In this document: positions 60,044 to 64,000 of the stretch, piece by piece | Numbering within the stretch: the first letter of the stretch is position 1 | Layout of the letters: each line of letters starts with the position of its first letter | DNA from: a virus | Lineage: Duplodnaviria > Heunggongvirae > Uroviricota > Caudoviricetes | Reading direction: 5' to 3' (one strand) | DNA: 64,000 bases | Virus record (IMG/VR): IMGVR_UViG_3300005329_000001 | The notes under the pieces: model-generated | What the model saw: only the letters and a program-made list of their open reading frames with translations | Databases searched by the model: none | Told to the model about the DNA's origin: nothing | Translations under genes and position numbers: made by a program

Positions 60044-62449
60044 ATGCTCGTCAAGCAGGTTCAGTTCTTCGGCAAGAACGATGAGGGGCAGATCTTCTGC
60101 CAGCCCTTGCTCGATGACGGCTTGGTAAAGACTGCCTCTGCCTCATCGCGAGCGAACCTGCATCCTCAGATCGCCGACTTCGTCAGGACTGTTCGCCCCA
60201 GCAAGCACGGCATCTACGTCCTGGTGAACGCCATGGGCGCCGGCGAGATCTGGGGCTCCAACATCAATGGCGACCACTTCCCTGAGAAGGAGCTGATCCA
60301 CTCTCCGAAGGACTGGGAGAAGCTTCCCGCCACGCGGATGAAGGAGATCGGCAAGAGCTGGGAGTACGGCTTCCCCACCTTCATGGGGGCGCATCCGTAC
60401 AAGCACCACGTCAACAAGGACTCGTCGCGGGCATTCGGCTCGGTCGAGCTCGCCGCGTGGAACCCAAAGATGCATCGCGTGGAGCTGGTGGTCTATCTTG
60501 ACCGCGAGCTCTGCAAGCGTTTCGACGCTCAGGATGTGATCGAGAAGATCGAGCGGGGAGAGTTCCCGGACGTCTCAATGGGCTGCAAGGTGCCCTACGA
60601 CGTCTGCTCGATCTGTCAGCACCGGTCGAAGACTCCGAAGGACTACTGCCACCACGCGAAGAGCATGATGAATGTCATCCTGCCAGATGGCAGGAAGGTG
60701 TTCGTCTACAACCCTCGCCCTCGCTTCTTCGACATCTCCTTCGTCTTCATCGGAGCCGACAAGACGGCCAAGGTCATGGCCAAGCTTGCGTCAAAGGGCA
60801 ATCAGGTCTGCATGGGTGAGTACTGCACCATTCCTCGACTCAGCGTCGATGTTGGTGAGCAGTTCTCGAAGTTCGCCGGTGAGCAAGACCCTACGGCCCC
60901 GCTTCGTGAGGAGCATCCTACCTGGCTCGGCAATCACCAGGACGGGATGTACGACCCGACCTTCAACGACTTCATCGGCAACAAGTCTCGTACTCAGATC
61001 ATTCAAGAGACGAAAGCTGCCAAGCCGGCATTCGAGGCGCGGCTCTATCCTCCGGCTCAGCTCGAGGCAAATGAGTCGTATGACGCGCTCGTCAACCTCG
61101 ACGCTGCTCGTGAGAAGACAGCTTCAGTCAAGACGGCCAATGACCCAATTCAGAAGTTCATCCACGTCCAAGGCATCCCGATCATGCTGGAGTGGTTGAA
61201 GGGTCAGACGCGTAAGTACTACTCAAAGGCCGATCCTTCAAAGGTGACCTACCAGAAGCTGATGAAGGCCGATTACGGCTACATCCCAGCGACCGTAGAT
61301 GCCGATGGCGAGCAGCTCGATGTCTATGTGGGGCCGAGCCGCGATTCAGAGTTCGTCTTCATGATCAATCAGCTCAAGGACGACGGCTCGTTCGATGAGC
61401 GAAAGGTCATGATCGGCTATCGCGATGAGGCGGCGGCAAAGAAGAGCTATCTCGACCATATGCCTGAAAGGCGTCTTGGGCAGGTGTCGAGGACGACAAT
61501 GGGTGAGTTCAAGAAGACCCACCTTGTCAGTGCTCGAAAGGCACGCAAGACCCGCGATGCCGAGGCAGTGAAGATCGCGTCAGCGACGTGCGGATGCCAC
61601 GGACTTGGAGATGATTGCGGCGGTACGGCTGAGAAAGTCGCGCACGCCGTCTTTCCAGGTACGCGTAATTCTGAAAAATCCGCTTCCCATAGGAAGCTGA
61701 GTGAGATCATAAAAACAATACCGGCAGGTCCTTTTTCGAAAGAGACATTGCCAAGACTGGAGAAAGGGGAGAGCTCGATCCCAAACAAGGCGCTGGACGA
61801 GATGGGCAAAATGGATCTTACCGAAGCCCTCTCAACCCCCGCTATGATGGGCATCGTTCTTAAGCCCCATGAGTTTCAGAGGGTGATGCTGGTGCGAATC
61901 GGAGAGAAGCCGCTGGCGGATGAACTCGACAGGAAGGGGGAGGTCTTCGGGCCTTCTTCGGACGTCGACGAGTCCCTGCAGGTGAATCCCGATCGCATCG
62001 ATCGTGCTCTCAAAGACCTCCTTCAGGCTCTGGGCATGGTGGGTGAGCGGTCAGTAGCCGCCACTCCTCTTGCTCGTCGAATGGAGCGTCTTGAAGCACG
62101 CCGTGCCGATCCGCGGAAGAGCGTCGAGAAGACCGCCTCCGCCGATCCCCTCATGAAGAAGCTGTCAGCCGCCTACAACGGCTACCGGCGCAGCATCGTG
62201 AAGAAGGCCACCGCCATCCAGAAGTTCCTCGTCTCCGACCCCCAGCTCGCTCCCGAGTCATTCGGTAGCAGCATGGTGCAGGCCTTCGCCGGTGGGGTCG
62301 ACAAGACGGCCAGCTCGAGCGTGTTCAGCCCCGACTCGCTCGCATACCTGACCGGGGCGCACCACACGGACCGGGCCATCCATATCGCCGATCAAGGCGT
62401 TCGGGTGTCCCTCGCCCAGACGGGCGCACTCGCAGAGGCGCTGTACTAG
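60044..62449 (+). CDS. Prohead (maturation) protease polyprotein with inserted InPase-like domain
   Basis: The N-terminal NGDHF...HPYKHH...VELV...DVSMGC...CSIC...FFDISFVFIGAD fits a phage prohead serine protease. The segment GIPIMLEW...YGYI...DADGEQLDVYVGP...FDERKVMIGY resembles the InPase family. About 10 K-x-A motifs. Confidence 0.7.
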   Translation: MLVKQVQFFGKNDEGQIFCQPLLDDGLVKTASASSRANLHPQIADFVRTVRPSKHGIYVLVNAMGAGEIWGSNINGDHFPEKELIHSPKDWEKLPATRMKEIGKSWEYGFPTFMGAHPYKHHVNKDSSRAFGSVELAAWNPKMHRVELVVYLDRELCKRFDAQDVIEKIERGEFPDVSMGCKVPYDVCSICQHRSKTPKDYCHHAKSMMNVILPDGRKVFVYNPRPRFFDISFVFIGADKTAKVMAKLASKGNQVCMGEYCTIPRLSVDVGEQFSKFAGEQDPTAPLREEHPTWLGNHQDGMYDPTFNDFIGNKSRTQIIQETKAAKPAFEARLYPPAQLEANESYDALVNLDAAREKTASVKTANDPIQKFIHVQGIPIMLEWLKGQTRKYYSKADPSKVTYQKLMKADYGYIPATVDADGEQLDVYVGPSRDSEFVFMINQLKDDGSFDERKVMIGYRDEAAAKKSYLDHMPERRLGQVSRTTMGEFKKTHLVSARKARKTRDAEAVKIASATCGCHGLGDDCGGTAEKVAHAVFPGTRNSEKSASHRKLSEIIKTIPAGPFSKETLPRLEKGESSIPNKALDEMGKMDLTEALSTPAMMGIVLKPHEFQRVMLVRIGEKPLADELDRKGEVFGPSSDVDESLQVNPDRIDRALKDLLQALGMVGERSVAATPLARRMERLEARRADPRKSVEKTASADPLMKKLSAAYNGYRRSIVKKATAIQKFLVSDPQLAPESFGSSMVQAFAGGVDKTASSSVFSPDSLAYLTGAHHTDRAIHIADQGVRVSLAQTGALAEALY

Positions 62450-62501
62450 AGATGGAGTCCATCTCGGAGACGACACGCTTTTGTCGAGAAGGAGAAATTA
62501 C

Positions 62502-63494
62502 ATGAGCATGGATACGTGGCTGGCCCAGGCGTACAACACCAACGGCGCGAGCGAGGACCTCGAGAAGATCGCTCAGGCCGAGATGGCGCAGAACATGGCC
62601 CAGCAGGAGGGCCTGGATCTGTCGAACCTCTCGCCCGAGCAGATCGAGGCTCTTGGCCAGGAAGTTCTCGGGCCGCAGGGCCAGGGACAGCAGCCGCAGG
62701 GTGCCGCTCCGGGCGCTCCTCAGCAGCCCGGCGTTCCCCAGCAGGGAATGCAGCCCCAGCAGCCGCAGGCTCCTGGTGCCGAGGGCGGTGGTGAGCTGAC
62801 CGAAGAGCACGTGCAGGAAGCCCAGCAGGTGCTGGCCAACCCGCAGGCCTACGACCCGGCGATCGTCCAGGAAGCCCAGGCGATCATGCAGGTCGTCGAG
62901 CAGATGCAGGCTCAGCAAGCCGGTCAGCCAGGTCCCGAGATGGCCAAGGTCGCCGAGGCCCAGGCCAAGTTCGAGGAGGCCGACTTCCTCGGTCGCGTCA
63001 TGGCGCACGCCTTCAATCAGGAGTCGGAGAAGATCGCCGCCTCCAAGCAGGCGAACATGATGGGCGCCGCAGGTGGCCACCTGAAGCACCTCGGCCAGCA
63101 GGCTGCTCACCACATGGGCGCTGCCGCCGGCGCCGCCAAGCACCACGCTGGCAAGGCGATGGGAGCCGCGGGCGGTCACTTCGCCAAGCACCCGGGTCAT
63201 GCTGCTGCCGCCGGCGCGGTCGGTGGTGCGGCGGCCATGCACGGCGCTCATCACATGATGAACAAGGAAGCCACCGTCGCCGCGATCGAGAAGGCGGCGA
63301 TGCAGCAGGCCGCCAACATCCTGCAGGCCAACGGCATCGACCCGGCGACTGGTCAGCCGGCCCAGCAGGCCGCTCCGCAGATCGCTCCGGCGGGCGCGGT
63401 CCCGGCTCCCCAGCAGAACTCGCAGCAGGCGCTCGGTGAGCTCGTGGAGAAGCGCGCTCATCAGATCCTGCGGGGGCTCGGCTACAACATCTGA
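62502..63494 (+). CDS. Scaffold-like protein, Q/P/A/H-rich, with K-x-A motifs
   Basis: Directly follows the protease; SD AAGGAG. EKIAQ, AKVAE, EKIAASKQAN, NKEAT and EKAA. Confidence 0.55.
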   Translation: MSMDTWLAQAYNTNGASEDLEKIAQAEMAQNMAQQEGLDLSNLSPEQIEALGQEVLGPQGQGQQPQGAAPGAPQQPGVPQQGMQPQQPQAPGAEGGGELTEEHVQEAQQVLANPQAYDPAIVQEAQAIMQVVEQMQAQQAGQPGPEMAKVAEAQAKFEEADFLGRVMAHAFNQESEKIAASKQANMMGAAGGHLKHLGQQAAHHMGAAAGAAKHHAGKAMGAAGGHFAKHPGHAAAAGAVGGAAAMHGAHHMMNKEATVAAIEKAAMQQAANILQANGIDPATGQPAQQAAPQIAPAGAVPAPQQNSQQALGELVEKRAHQILRGLGYNI

Positions 63495-63507
63495 GGTCTC
63501 AGGGTGC

Positions 63508-63541
63508 CCGAGGCGGGAGGGGATGGTCCTTCCCGCCTCGG
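63508..63541 (+). other. Strong intergenic hairpin without U-tract
   Basis: CCGAGGCGGGAGGG...CCTTCCCGCCTCGG; its stem is nearly identical to that of the 37.87 kb terminator. Confidence 0.6.
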
Positions 63542-63559
63542 TTCCTCTCAGGAGAGAAG

Positions 63560-64000
63560 ATGCCGAAGTGGATCCACGATCGTGCGGCACACATCAGGGC
63601 GGAGAACCCCTCCATGCCTGAGAGTGAGTCGTGGGCGATCGCCACTCAGCAGTCCCATGCGACGGGACACTCTCCAAAGGGGTACGGAACGGCGAAGGGG
63701 CGGCACGAGGCTCATCAGAAGTATCCGACGCCCGGTGATGACGAACAGAAGGCGAGTCCCAAATCCAAGACGGCTGGCATTTCGGTGCCCTTCAGCTCGG
63801 ATTTGGTAAGCGGCTTCTGTGAGGAACTGTCTTCGATCTTCCGTGAGAAGACAGCCGGTCTCCTGCCCATGCCGGAGAACGGTCTCACACAGATGAAGCT
63901 GACGAGCCCGAAGCCGACCATGGGCGCGAAGAAGAACATCGCGGCGTACTCGCAGCCGAAGAATCTCCCCTCGACTTCGCCGTCGCAGGGAACTCAACCG
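63560..64000 (+). CDS. 3'-truncated putative virion protein with K-x-A motifs (not in ORF track)
   Basis: SD AGGAGAG. MPKWIHDRAAHI...SKTAG...GFCEELSSIFREKTAG...; the frame stays open to the window end. Confidence 0.7.
   Translation, partial: MPKWIHDRAAHIRAENPSMPESESWAIATQQSHATGHSPKGYGTAKGRHEAHQKYPTPGDDEQKASPKSKTAGISVPFSSDLVSGFCEELSSIFREKTAGLLPMPENGLTQMKLTSPKPTMGAKKNIAAYSQPKNLPSTSPSQGTQP

Noticed and set aside
62449-62465. GAGATGG-AGT-CCATCTC hairpin as an N4-type virion RNAP hairpin promoter
   Set aside because: Single occurrence, located before a late gene, and not repeated upstream of early-type genes.
14730-62501. Longest-ORF starts given in the track (15407, 17036, 23841, 25015, 29398, 39031, 58047, 62481; also 4471, 11315, 11614, 11940)
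   Set aside because: The extensions overlap neighbouring genes or promoters and lack an SD; downstream starts have a clear SD or stop-start coupling.
1-64000. Stop-codon reassignment (code 15 or 4)
   Set aside because: TAG, TGA and TAA all end well-formed genes that are tightly coupled to the next start, and coding density is high under code 11.
1-64000. tRNA, rRNA, integrase, transposase, tubulin or nuclear shell genes
   Set aside because: None recognised by eye, and intergenic gaps are mostly too short for RNA genes; tRNAscan and HMM searches were not run.

Overview
This 64 kb window is an internal segment of a large, GC-rich tailed dsDNA phage (Caudoviricetes, probably with a contractile tail) that uses standard genetic code 11. 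It is not bacterial chromosome. Plus-strand blocks encode virion and morphogenesis proteins: baseplate/tail fibre (0.5-8.9 kb), head-associated proteins and portal (29.5-35 kb), a fused beta-beta' RNA polymerase with a baseplate spike and cargo proteins (39.1-53.4 kb), HNH plus large terminase (54.6-56.9 kb), and prohead protease plus scaffold-like protein (58.1-64 kb). A class II RNR also sits on the plus strand. Minus-strand blocks encode DNA metabolism: PolA, primase, DnaB, an SSB-like protein, RecA, Cas4-like nuclease, two resolvases, UDG, SF2 helicase, dNMP kinase, RNase HII and an Hfq/Sm-like protein. Three signals stand out. (1) A pervasive K-x-A motif, often preceded by an F-x-D/E-E-L-x-K-I-A amphipathic helix, marks many plus-strand proteins. 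It looks like a prohead-protease cleavage and capsid-packaging code for enzyme cargo (Zn peptidase, C39 peptidase, J-domain, InPase, poxvirus D6/D11-like helicase). (2) A single-chain bacterial-type RNAP has a remodelled rifampicin pocket and lacks the beta' N-terminal Zn ribbon. (3) Two promoter classes sit back to back: GCAAAA-N15/16-GATAAG ahead of non-structural genes and sigma70-like TTG-N17-TAnnnT ahead of structural operons. All calls come from reading motifs by eye; no database search was run.
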